A DNA stretch of 60,738 bases, the filler included. It is 4 parts of 4 records of this genome, joined end to end, with 100 filler letters (N's around TTAATTAATTAA, not from the genome) between each part and the next. Parts side by side here need not be neighbours in the genome. Positions count along the whole stretch, not along the records: positions 1 to 21,385 come from DRR723986_8216; 3 more parts are not named here. One strand, written 5' to 3'. Numbering within the stretch: the first letter of the stretch is position 1; each line of letters opens with the position of its first letter. The notes beneath the pieces were generated by a model that saw only the letters and a list, made by a program, of their open reading frames with translations, was not told the DNA's origin and ran no database searches. The position numbers were made by a program, and so were the translations under genes. Below are positions 8,901 through 18,141 of the stretch, piece after piece.

Positions 8901-9560
8901 ATGCCGACCACAGGGACAGAATCTGCGACAGAAGATCGCAAGCTGACGCAGGCCGAGCGCCGCGAGCGCAACCGGGCCGCACATTACGAGAAGCGCGCGC
9001 GCGAGGAGGCCGAGCGCAGACTTCGTGGCAAGCTGAAGTCTCGACACGCTGAGCGAGAGTACGACCGCCAGGCCGCGAAGAAGGCTGCAGAGGAAGTTCT
9101 TGCGCCGACGCCGTATCGGCAGCGCCCGGCTGTACATTATACGCCAGAGATCTGGGACGAGCTGCTAGAGCGGCTCACCAATGGCGAGAGCCTCACGGAT
9201 ATCTGCCAGATGGATCACATGCCGACCGCATCGGCGGTCTTCAAATGGGTGGCCGCCGACCCTGAGCGCGGTTTTCAATATCAGGAAGCCATGCGTGTCC
9301 GCGCCAGCCGCGACGTCGACATGCTCCTGAAGGCCGCAGTCCTCGGCACGGGCGACATCGCACGGGACCGCCTGATCGTGGAAACCCTCCGATGGGCCGC
9401 CGGGAAGCGCGACCCGCATCGCTACAGCGACAAGCTGCAGATTGCCGCTGATGTTCGCGCGCTTAATCACACGGTCGTGGAGACGAAGCTGACACCAGAC
9501 ATGTCGCCGGAGGAACTGGCGGTCAACTACGCCAAGCTGATCGGACGGGCAGATGGCTAG
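8901..9560 (+). CDS. terS: Terminase small subunit (Sf6 gp1-like)
   Basis: YTPEI.DE..ERL..GESL..IC....MP....VFKW...Y..A...RDRL.VET.RW.A.K..P.RYSDK; AGGAG RBS. Confidence 0.8.
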   Translation: MPTTGTESATEDRKLTQAERRERNRAAHYEKRAREEAERRLRGKLKSRHAEREYDRQAAKKAAEEVLAPTPYRQRPAVHYTPEIWDELLERLTNGESLTDICQMDHMPTASAVFKWVAADPERGFQYQEAMRVRASRDVDMLLKAAVLGTGDIARDRLIVETLRWAAGKRDPHRYSDKLQIAADVRALNHTVVETKLTPDMSPEELAVNYAKLIGRADG

Positions 9561-9876
9561 CGACAACACCCTCCCGAAGCCGGAAGAGATGGCCAGCCTC
9601 GACGACCGCCAACGCGCGACGGCGGAGCAGACGGCGGCTGGCCTGGTCGAGATGTTCCCGCATCTGCACGTCCGAGATGGCCAGCTTTGGAGCCACCCCG
9701 CCAATCCGGCGACAGGGCGCAGGCCGCAGGAGCGGGCCATGTTTGCCGATATGGCGAAGATCGCAGGTTTGCCAGTCAAGGCGGGCGGCGCTGCGATCAT
9801 GCTCCTGACCGCGATCTATGCCGCGCAGGCGGAGGCCGAGTATGGCCCGCGAAACTTTCTTGGACGTCCGATTTAA
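9553..9876 (+). CDS. Hypothetical protein coupled to terS
   Basis: Overlaps the terS stop; 107 aa with GC3-rich codons. Confidence 0.6.
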   Translation: MASDNTLPKPEEMASLDDRQRATAEQTAAGLVEMFPHLHVRDGQLWSHPANPATGRRPQERAMFADMAKIAGLPVKAGGAAIMLLTAIYAAQAEAEYGPRNFLGRPI

Positions 9877-10234
9877 AGCCCGATTTTGCGACCGCCTGTT
9901 ATGCAAACAGTGGGTCGCAGGACTTAGGACGTTGAAACCATTCGGAAACGCGCCAGCCCGGCTGCAAAAATCGCAGTTTGCGGACTCTTTGCCGCCTCCT
10001 GCCCCAGCGTAAACCGCCGATTTCGGCACTGGTCCGCACACATGCAAAAAAAATTGCAGTTCGGCCTTAAAGCGGTTCGCTAGAAGCCGGGGCTGTTATT
10101 GCGTGGCTTTTTCATCCGCCCGCCGACGTTTTAAAGCGGGTCGCTTTAACCCTGCCAGAAGCTGCCCGACCCGCCCCCTTGCGCGGTTCAAAAATCGTTG
10201 CAACATCCGTAGTCCCACAAACGGAGAAAGACAC

Positions 10235-10570
10235 ATGAACATCACACCAGAGACCACCATCACCGAACTTCGCATGGACACGCTTCGGGAGCGTGCAATC
10301 GAAATCGGCGACAACAAGCTGGCCAGCCAGATTAGCGCGCTGATGAACAGCTTTGAGCCAACCGATGGCCCGCAACTGACGCCGTCGGCGGACTGGCTGC
10401 AGCATGAACCGGCAGCCCTGCGGAGCGCCTGGTTGAATGCATTCATGCAAACTGTTCTGCGTCAGACGATGCCCGATATCCCTTGCAATGACGGGGCGGA
10501 CCATACATTTTTCCGAGGGCGTCCCGGCGCAACTCATTCTGCATCGCCAATTCTGCGTACATCTTTTTGA
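10235..10570 (+). CDS. Hypothetical protein, 3' end probably replaced by IS-derived sequence
   Basis: GGAG RBS, MNITPETT... start; the reading frame runs into the IS remnant. Confidence 0.45.
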   Translation: MNITPETTITELRMDTLRERAIEIGDNKLASQISALMNSFEPTDGPQLTPSADWLQHEPAALRSAWLNAFMQTVLRQTMPDIPCNDGADHTFFRGRPGATHSASPILRTSF

Positions 10571-10838
10571 GGTGACGGTTTTCATCCGCCATTGCTTTCA
10601 TTTCGCCCATCAGCGAGGCGTCCATGCCGCCATACTTGCTTCGCCAGTTATAGTTCGTGGCATTGCTGATCCCGTGCTCCCGGCAGAGGTCTGCCACGGA
10701 AACACCACTCTCGCCCTGCTTCAGAATCGCAAGGATCTGAGCGTCGCTAAATCTCGATTTCTTCATTCTCGTCTCCGTCGATAGTCAACGCCGGAGAAGT
10801 CCAGTTTTCAAGCCGATTGTTTTCAGGGAGGATTACCA
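10508..10838 (-). mobile_element. IS3-family (IS407-like) remnant: left end and orfA only
   Basis: MKKSRFSDAQILAILKQGESGVSVADLCREHGIS.AT.YNWRSKYGGMDAS is a typical IS3 OrfA; TGGTAATCC end at 10838; no orfB. Confidence 0.85.
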
Positions 10839-10872
10839 CGGTACGGAACCTTTCCGAAAATCTGGCCTGTCA

Positions 10873-11406
10873 TCACTTTGGGCGCCTTATAGTCATCCGA
10901 GATTGCTTGAATCCTTCGACATAATCGACACAAGCCTCATCTCCAAATGTACTCTTGAAACATGCAGAATTTGGACCCGTACGGCGCCTTTCATGCTCAG
11001 GCTTGAATACCCCCGCTTTGGCGAGCCGCATGATCACATCCCGGGTCTCTATCGGTTGCCGCCAACCGCAACGGCTTTCACCAAGAACGTCTGCGATGGC
11101 TAGGCAGCTTAGTGCAATTTCAGTTGAGGCGCGTCGGACTTCAATGCTGGCATAACCTCCACCCCAGGAATTCTTGTATATGTTCTTGGAGCAGACGAGC
11201 TTGGCCAGACGCGGGATATTTTCATCCTGCAGCGAGCATTTGTATCCGCTTTTATTCAGGGTTGCCTCCAGCTCAGGCTCCGACATGAAGGCATTGATGC
11301 CGAGAATAGTGATCGGTTTCTCAGCACTATTTTTCTGCGCGCTGGCACCTGCTGTGGCGCCCATTATGATGACAACTCCGATCCAGAAATTCCGAATGAA
11401 TGACAT
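10873..11406 (-). CDS. Secreted cysteine-rich hypothetical protein
   Basis: Signal peptide ending ASA-Q; multiple Cys. Confidence 0.6.
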   Translation of the reverse strand: MSFIRNFWIGVVIIMGATAGASAQKNSAEKPITILGINAFMSEPELEATLNKSGYKCSLQDENIPRLAKLVCSKNIYKNSWGGGYASIEVRRASTEIALSCLAIADVLGESRCGWRQPIETRDVIMRLAKAGVFKPEHERRRTGPNSACFKSTFGDEACVDYVEGFKQSRMTIRRPK

Positions 11407-11695
11407 GTTTCTGGTTTCCTTTTGTAACTTCTGATCTGCTCCCGGTCGAATGCCCCACTGGCTTCCGTCACCTTTGCTTGACCGACAGACGACAGATCAG
11501 GTCTACTTCAGCGCGCTGCAGTCCATGCCGGTTGCCGTATCATCCCAAGGGCAAAAATCCACTTATCGAGCGACCTGAATCTGTTCAGATAAACCGAGCC
11601 ACCTCTACGACCATTCGTTCGCTTCCCCGGAATTGCTATGATATGATGGTCGCTCTCAATCGATTCAACGGATCAATTTGAAGAGAACCTATCGG

Positions 11696-12955
11696 TCACG
11701 GACTATACTGCAAAATTAGTTCGCTCAATAGGTCGTCAATACCCTGATACCGCACTAGCTGAACGGCAGGAAACATCGATTCCAGGAACATGAGGTTATC
11801 GGGAGCCTCATCCGCCAGAGCTGGTCGCTCCCTGTAAGAGATGCCCCAACCCGGCGGATCATTGCCCATATAAGTCGCAAGCGGAATTGCATCGACGGAT
11901 GAAACGCCGGCAAGGGCCTGAGCCGGAAGCGAGCCAAAAATCTTCACTGTACGGGCATCTATGAAGATAGTCAGATGCTCGGATTGTTTCGGATAGGGAT
12001 TGTTTTCCCAAGCGCTTGAAAATCCTGTCCCCGCATAGGCCAAATCAAGAAGTCGACCATCCGTCACAAGGGCCGAGGAAAATTCACCAGAGACACACAC
12101 GCCGGTAGGACATGAGAACCACGCGAGACCGTCCTTCCCGTTCTCCGGTTTCCCAAAGTGCGCCAAGTCCACAGGCGCCAAGAGATAGCAGTCAGCGGCG
12201 AGCGATCTAATGCTCAGGGGGCGGACATAACCGCCCTCATTCATGCGCCAATCTTCGTGCGACAGACACACCTGAAGAGAATTTGACGTGTAGGACCTGC
12301 CACAATGCACCTGTATTCGACAATCTGAATACTCGGCACCGAGCGCCCGCAATCCCTCAGTCAGGCTAGCAAGAAATCCTGGGGCCCATCGGATATCAAT
12401 GGAATAATCGACCAGGTCGGGATCATTGGCATTAAGGGCAAAGGTTGGCGCCGACACTTCAAGGGCACGCGATGGGAAATCCTGAAACAGAGCAGCAGCT
12501 ACTTCCGCGCGAGCCTTGCGTGAAAGCGTTTCTGCCTGCGCAGCTGCGAGAATACTATCTGAATCAATGCTTGCCCGCCCGCCCTGAACGAGACCAACAA
12601 AGTTTTTTAACCGGCTTTGAGACACATGGATATCGGCTTCAACTACAAACCACTCACCGTCTTTGTAGGTACGGACCGGAGCGAAAAAATCAACAAAGCC
12701 ATTCATTGTGCTTGAGATCTTGTCCAGCGCAAGTTCATCATCAATTACAGTTTGATTGCTGATGACCAGTTGCTGGACGGATTGCTGCATGGCCTGTCGT
12801 ATTGCGTCCTGGCGCGCAGCATAGGGCGACTGACCTTGGCCAATTACCCGCACTGGCGGCAGGGCACTTGCATTGCTTTGAGCTGCAGCTGTAAGGAACG
12901 GTGCGTAAACAGCGAGGCACAAGGCAATCAGGCACCACTTAATACTAAGGCGCAA
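11696..12955 (-). CDS. Secreted protein with N-terminal LPP20/FlgT-N-like domain
   Basis: Signal peptide; V.G.G.S...AR.DA..QA..Q.V...V.S.Q.V..D pattern. Confidence 0.55.
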   Translation of the reverse strand: MRLSIKWCLIALCLAVYAPFLTAAAQSNASALPPVRVIGQGQSPYAARQDAIRQAMQQSVQQLVISNQTVIDDELALDKISSTMNGFVDFFAPVRTYKDGEWFVVEADIHVSQSRLKNFVGLVQGGRASIDSDSILAAAQAETLSRKARAEVAAALFQDFPSRALEVSAPTFALNANDPDLVDYSIDIRWAPGFLASLTEGLRALGAEYSDCRIQVHCGRSYTSNSLQVCLSHEDWRMNEGGYVRPLSIRSLAADCYLLAPVDLAHFGKPENGKDGLAWFSCPTGVCVSGEFSSALVTDGRLLDLAYAGTGFSSAWENNPYPKQSEHLTIFIDARTVKIFGSLPAQALAGVSSVDAIPLATYMGNDPPGWGISYRERPALADEAPDNLMFLESMFPAVQLVRYQGIDDLLSELILQYSP

Positions 12956-13053
12956 GGTTCGATTCCCTATGATTTAGTACCCTTTGTGATGCTGACTGGT
13001 TACCAACATCAGGCGAACGAAGAAGAGCCTGTCTCGACTCAATCTCCCTCGGT

Positions 13054-13704
13054 TTATGGAAACGGCGAGCGTCTTCGAACCTCACTCGGCTGCGAACTGG
13101 AGCCCTGAGCTGATTTGTCGGCCTTGGCGCTGATGGATGACTGCTGGCTCGCCGGCTCGACCGTCATAGCACCTTTTGCCGACGATGCCATTGCAATGCT
13201 GGTTCGAGTTATGCCTACTTTGACCCAGGCCTCCTCCCTCACTTCATCATAACCCGCCTCAAGGATCATGACGCCGCGTAGATTGCTGCTGCTGTAGGAG
13301 CGCATGACTTCGCTGAGAGAATTAGCGAGGGTGCGCTGAGATTCCTTAGACGCACCATCATTCCCAGCCCCCTCACGCCGGATGGAAACCTGACTTGTTG
13401 CCTCAAGCTCGCTGAAAATGGTTTCGGCAGACATGTCCTGATCGAAAAACTTGACGATCTCGGCCTTGGCGCGCTGCTCGGCAATCTTTTGGGCGGTACT
13501 GATGCCGCGACGATCTGTAAATTCAACCGGCTGAAGTCCAGTTGCATATATACGGTCCCACTCACCAGACGCATCAAAATCTATCTCGATGCCCTGTAGT
13601 GGCAATTGGAATACTAGCTCCTCTGCAGTCGCTTGTGCTGGAAGGATTACTGAAGCTGCAACGGAGACCGCTGCAATGATCGTGGAAAGTCGAACTCTCA
13701 CCAC
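13054..13704 (-). CDS. Secreted LPP20-like protein
   Basis: GTG start after GAGG; signal peptide; A.K.AE.RAKAEIVKF...LRGV pattern. Confidence 0.55.
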   Translation of the reverse strand: MVRVRLSTIIAAVSVAASVILPAQATAEELVFQLPLQGIEIDFDASGEWDRIYATGLQPVEFTDRRGISTAQKIAEQRAKAEIVKFFDQDMSAETIFSELEATSQVSIRREGAGNDGASKESQRTLANSLSEVMRSYSSSNLRGVMILEAGYDEVREEAWVKVGITRTSIAMASSAKGAMTVEPASQQSSISAKADKSAQGSSSQPSEVRRRSPFP

Positions 13705-13795
13705 CTTAAAAGTCCTCTCTATCAAAACACGGAACAATAGCCTGGTTGCCTGATGAAATGTAACAGCTTGCTTGGGCACGCCATGCCTCAATTTG

Positions 13796-14245
13796 CTAAA
13801 CCCCCAACGAACAGGTTGCCTTCGGTGCGTCTCCGAATGTTTCAACAAATTCGCCGTCTTCGGCCAACACTACTTTGTTCGCAAACCTTGGGCGAACATG
13901 ACCTTCTTCGACGACATATGGCAGCGGTCCGGAGCGGATATGCTCTTGCCCAGACAAATCCAGTATACGTGCAGTGACTTCGAGCACGCCTTTTGCAGAA
14001 TCGCTTCCAGCTGCAATCAACTCGCCACTTTGGGCAAGGGCATCCCAATCAATATCCACGAAAATATTGAGGTATCCGTTCCCCGTGGTTCGCCCGACAG
14101 ACCAAGTCACGCTGCATTTGGGGCCCCGCCAATCCGTTGCGTCAGTTGTCTGATCGCCAGCGCCAATCGAACCGCCACACGCCGAAAAAGCAAAGGCGCT
14201 GATGAGCGATACAAGTGGGAGCATGAACGGAACATTTTTCATCAA
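13796..14245 (-). CDS. Lipoprotein, hypothetical
   Basis: Lipobox-like FSAC after a hydrophobic signal. Confidence 0.6.
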   Translation of the reverse strand: MMKNVPFMLPLVSLISAFAFSACGGSIGAGDQTTDATDWRGPKCSVTWSVGRTTGNGYLNIFVDIDWDALAQSGELIAAGSDSAKGVLEVTARILDLSGQEHIRSGPLPYVVEEGHVRPRFANKVVLAEDGEFVETFGDAPKATCSLGV

Positions 14246-14282
14246 TGATCCCTTCTGATCTTGAGCAGGTTTGCCCTCCGGA

Positions 14283-14597
14283 TCAGCCCTTCATTGAATC
14301 GCGAATTGATCGGGCGGCTTCAATACTCTTACCACGGGCAACGCCGCCGATCAGAAACATGTCGACCAGCACCCAGATGCCAAATCCGCCCAAACTGATC
14401 AGCTTGAGAATTCCAAGCAGGGTCTGTCCAACATAGAAGCGGTCAATTCCGAGGCTACCCAACCAGGCATTGAAGCCGAATGCCAAAACCGGGTTCTTTT
14501 CCCTTTCGGAAAAGATAGAAGAGAAATCGGAGCGCCGATCTTCGGGGATGCTCAGATAGATCGACATCAATTCACGAGTGTAGGCCTTGCGATTCAT
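14283..14597 (-). CDS. TM2-domain membrane protein
   Basis: KNPVLA.....LG.LGIDRFY.G....GILKL..LGG.GIW..VD is the TM2 signature; GAGAGGA RBS. Confidence 0.85.
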   Translation of the reverse strand: MNRKAYTRELMSIYLSIPEDRRSDFSSIFSEREKNPVLAFGFNAWLGSLGIDRFYVGQTLLGILKLISLGGFGIWVLVDMFLIGGVARGKSIEAARSIRDSMKG

Positions 14598-14779
14598 TGG
14601 TGGTTTCCTCTCATAAAGAGGGGAGCCGGCTCTTTTTCCCATCCGACATCAACCCACCCATATGGGGTAGATGGGGTAATCATCCCATTTTTAGGCGGCC
14701 GGATTCTTAGACTTTACGCGGCAAGTATCAGTTTAATGGCGGGGGCAGACCAACTGATGCGCCACTTGCAATTTACGCC

Positions 14780-16258
14780 ATGCTGCTCCTTATGAACCAA
14801 CGAGTGCATTGGGTCGGGAGACGCTGGCAGGTGGTTGTTGAAGCTCTGAAAAAACTGTTTCGGCCTCGGCATGATTATCTCCCGGGCGTGCAGGTTTTCA
14901 GTCCGATTGACGTGAACCGCATCAAGGACGAAATGAAGCTCGTTCAGCGTGGAAAAGAGGACGGCAGCAACGAGGTGCCGGCTTCAGATGCCACGGGCCT
15001 TTCGGGCGCGGAAATCGAAATCGTGCGCAAGTGCGAGAACTGGCGGGGAACGGCGCTGGCTGAGGCGCGCCAAACGATGGAGGTCTATACCAGCCGTCTC
15101 ACGACCGGCATGCAGGGGCTCCAACTGGCGCAACTGCGGCCTATGGCGCAGGAAGCGACATACGACCTTCAGCAGGTGGCCGAGGAAGAGATCGGCGAGC
15201 TGTCGGAGCCTATTCTGGAAGTCAAGCGCCGGCGCGCGGATTTCGATCTCTTCCGGTCCCAGCAGAAGATTCCGCGCGCGCCGCATCCGGAGGCCAGTTT
15301 CTGGCGTACTGCGATGATCGTCTCGCTCGTCGCTCTAATCGAAGTGGCCGGGAACTCGTTCTTCTTTGCCGATGCCGGGAACCAGTTCGGTATCCTCGGG
15401 GCCGTGGTGGAAGCGGTCGTGATCCCGATTGCGAATATCGGCGTCGCGACGCTGCTGGTCTTCTTCGGGGTCCGGCAATTGTGGCGGCGGGAATGGACGC
15501 GCAAATTTGTCGGCCTGCTCGCCTTGCTGGCATTCATCGGTTTTGCCGTGGGATTCAACCTCGCGGTCGCGCATTATCGGGATGGGTTGGGCGTTGCCGG
15601 TCATGATACGGCATCGGCCTACGCGCTCGGCACGCTGACCACGACGCCTTTCAAGCTGGAAAGCCTGACCTCCTGGCTGTTGTTTTGTCTCGGTGTTCTG
15701 GTGACGGTCGTGACGCTTTACGAAGTCATAAGTTTCCGCGATCCGATCCCCGGATACTCGCGGGTGGAGCGCCGGCGCAGCGATGCGGTTGCCGCCTTCA
15801 ACAATGCCCGGATCGATGCAATCGGCGGGATCCAGTCGCAATATGACGACCGGCGGGACGAGCTGGTGAAGTTGCGCCGCAGGCTGGCTGAAACCATGGC
15901 AGATGCCTCCCTGATGTCGGAGCGTGTGGATCACCTGCAGAAGGACCTCGATGAATACCAGAACTATCTGGCGCTGACTGCTCATGAACTGAGCGAGACC
16001 TATCGCGAGAACAACCGGCACAGCAGGCAATCTCCTCCGCCGAACCATTTCAGCCAGCCGATCTGGTACCCGGAGGACATGAGAATCGAATTGGCGGCCC
16101 TGAATGCCTTCAAGAACGAACTGGCCGAGCTGCAGTCGTTGGAGGACGGGAAGGATATTCTCGAAACAGGGCTCAACAATCTGAACGTTGCGTTGGATGA
16201 AAATTTGGAGCGCATCAAGGTGCTTGCCGACATTGAAGAGATGGAGCCGCCGCGATGA
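14780..16258 (+). CDS. Four-TM membrane protein with N- and C-terminal coiled coils (operon gene 1)
   Basis: Four hydrophobic helices with embedded polar residues (IEVAGNSFF, NLAVAHYRD), followed by DPIPGY; heptad-rich flanks. True start may be the GTG near 14830. Confidence 0.75.
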   Translation: MLLLMNQRVHWVGRRWQVVVEALKKLFRPRHDYLPGVQVFSPIDVNRIKDEMKLVQRGKEDGSNEVPASDATGLSGAEIEIVRKCENWRGTALAEARQTMEVYTSRLTTGMQGLQLAQLRPMAQEATYDLQQVAEEEIGELSEPILEVKRRRADFDLFRSQQKIPRAPHPEASFWRTAMIVSLVALIEVAGNSFFFADAGNQFGILGAVVEAVVIPIANIGVATLLVFFGVRQLWRREWTRKFVGLLALLAFIGFAVGFNLAVAHYRDGLGVAGHDTASAYALGTLTTTPFKLESLTSWLLFCLGVLVTVVTLYEVISFRDPIPGYSRVERRRSDAVAAFNNARIDAIGGIQSQYDDRRDELVKLRRRLAETMADASLMSERVDHLQKDLDEYQNYLALTAHELSETYRENNRHSRQSPPPNHFSQPIWYPEDMRIELAALNAFKNELAELQSLEDGKDILETGLNNLNVALDENLERIKVLADIEEMEPPR

Positions 16259-17079
16259 GCCGGCGAAACCGTGACCGGCGGCGCAGACCCCGTAAGAAAG
16301 ATAGCCAGCTTCTATACATCATCCTGACAGGTGTTTTCGTCCTCAGCATCTTCGGCATGGTGGGCGGCAGCGTTTACTTGCGCCAGTCTCAGGAAGCGGT
16401 GGACGAGGTCACGCTATGCCCGGAGCGGGCGCCAGAGCGGGCCTTTGTCGTGCTCGTTGATGTGTCGAGCCCGATCAATGCCGTCCAGCAGCAATCGATC
16501 CTGAACCAGGTGGAGAAACTGAAATCGCGGCTGCGCGCCGGTGATAAGCTGATGCTGTATGCGCTGGAGCCGACGTCTGACCTTCTGAAACCACGGCTGA
16601 CGATGTGCCGGCCGAAGTCCGGCCAGGAAGTCAGCAGCCTGACGGGCGATCAGAAGTCGGCAGGCCAGCTGTTCAAGGACCGGTTCGAAACGCCGTTCGA
16701 GGCAATGGCGAGGGACCTGCTTGAGGCAAAGCCGGCGAAGTCATCGCCCATCATGCGCGGCGTGCAGGCGGCGGTCGTCAGCGGTTTCGGCGCGCTGCCG
16801 GACACGACGGACAAGCACCTTATCGTCGTTTCGGATATGCTGGAGTTCGACGGGGGACGGTCGCACTACGACAGTTCCAACCCTCCGGATGCCGCGGACC
16901 TGGACGGTCCCGGCTATGCGTCCCTCTTTGCCGATATGCGCGGCGTGGATGTGGAGGTCTGGTACGTTCAGCGCCCGGGTGACGAGACACATCAGGGTAT
17001 TGCGCACGTCGCATTCTGGGAAGCTTTCTTCGCGAAAAGCGGCGGCGCGCTGGTCCGCGTCTACAAGGTTGAGGGATAG
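16255..17079 (+). CDS. Membrane-anchored vWA-like domain protein (operon gene 2)
   Basis: Basic N-terminus, one TM, then VVLVDVSS (MIDAS-like), SPI and LIVVSDMLE; ATGA coupling. Confidence 0.7.
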   Translation: MSRRNRDRRRRPRKKDSQLLYIILTGVFVLSIFGMVGGSVYLRQSQEAVDEVTLCPERAPERAFVVLVDVSSPINAVQQQSILNQVEKLKSRLRAGDKLMLYALEPTSDLLKPRLTMCRPKSGQEVSSLTGDQKSAGQLFKDRFETPFEAMARDLLEAKPAKSSPIMRGVQAAVVSGFGALPDTTDKHLIVVSDMLEFDGGRSHYDSSNPPDAADLDGPGYASLFADMRGVDVEVWYVQRPGDETHQGIAHVAFWEAFFAKSGGALVRVYKVEG

Positions 17080-17087
17080 GTCCGGCG

Positions 17088-18140
17088 ATGGCGCTTTCAA
17101 AAGCACAGGAAGTCTCGCGCTCGCCGAACCGCAGCCAGGACCGGACGGGGAAGTGGGCTTTTGCCGTGTTCGCGGCCTTCGGCCTGGGCGTGATTATCCT
17201 CATCGAGGCGACCAATTCGCCGAAGCTGTTCTCGATGTCGATCTGCGCGGCGCTGATGATCACCTATGCCGGGCTGACATATGTGATGCCGGCCATGCGG
17301 GCACGTGCGGACCAGATCGGTGACAATGTCTATTATCTCGGGCTGCTGTACACGCTGCTGAGCCTTGCGGCCTCAATCGTCCGCCTGGCGGATGATCCGA
17401 ATGCGGCCGAAGCGATCCTTCGCAATTTCGGTATCGCGCTGGTGACGACAATCCTTGGTATCACGTTGCGCGTGATCATCTCCCAGATGCGCGACGACCC
17501 GGTCGACATCGAACGTGAGACGAGAGCCACCCTGCTGGAGGCGACGCGCCAATTCCGCGAGGAGTTGCAGCAAAGCGCCACCGAGATGCGCCACTTCCAT
17601 CTTTCGCTGCGCCAGCGCGTTGAGGAAACTGTCGAGGAGAGCCTTAAGACCCTAAAGGGCGGATTCGACGAAGTCACGAAGCTCGACGGCGTCATGACGT
17701 CTTTTGCCGAGACGATCCGGAAGACGGCCGAAGCTGGCCAGCGGATTGACGCCTCCGTCAGATCGTTTGAAGAAAATTCCGGCGCGCTTGAAACGATCAA
17801 CCAGCAACTCACGGAATTGGCGAAGTCCCTGGAAGGGTCGAATGTCGCCGTTGCTCGGTTCAAGTCTCAATTCGGCGACATCGGTAGCGAATTGACCGGT
17901 TCCATCGGCAAGGGGCTCGGCGAAGCCTATGCGACAAGTGCTAAGGCGAGCGCCGACGTGGCCAAGGCGCTGGAGCAGCTGCGCGGCAGCGTCAAGGAGC
18001 TGGATGAGCTTTCCAGGTCGCTGGCCAAAACGGGCAAGGCGTTCACCAGCGAGTTCGGAGAGACACGCGAGACCATCGCGAAGGTGCGGGAAGAGCTGGC
18101 GGACCTCGCCCAGTATATCCTGAAGCGGCTTGAGGCATGA
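17088..18140 (+). CDS. MotA/TolQ/ExbB(ZorA)-like channel protein with long helical tail (operon gene 3)
   Basis: YYLGLLYTLLSL and FGIALVTTILG resemble the LG..GT and AL.TT..G pore helices; about 215-aa heptad-rich C-terminal tail. Confidence 0.65.
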   Translation: MALSKAQEVSRSPNRSQDRTGKWAFAVFAAFGLGVIILIEATNSPKLFSMSICAALMITYAGLTYVMPAMRARADQIGDNVYYLGLLYTLLSLAASIVRLADDPNAAEAILRNFGIALVTTILGITLRVIISQMRDDPVDIERETRATLLEATRQFREELQQSATEMRHFHLSLRQRVEETVEESLKTLKGGFDEVTKLDGVMTSFAETIRKTAEAGQRIDASVRSFEENSGALETINQQLTELAKSLEGSNVAVARFKSQFGDIGSELTGSIGKGLGEAYATSAKASADVAKALEQLRGSVKELDELSRSLAKTGKAFTSEFGETRETIAKVREELADLAQYILKRLEA

Positions 18141-18141
18141 G

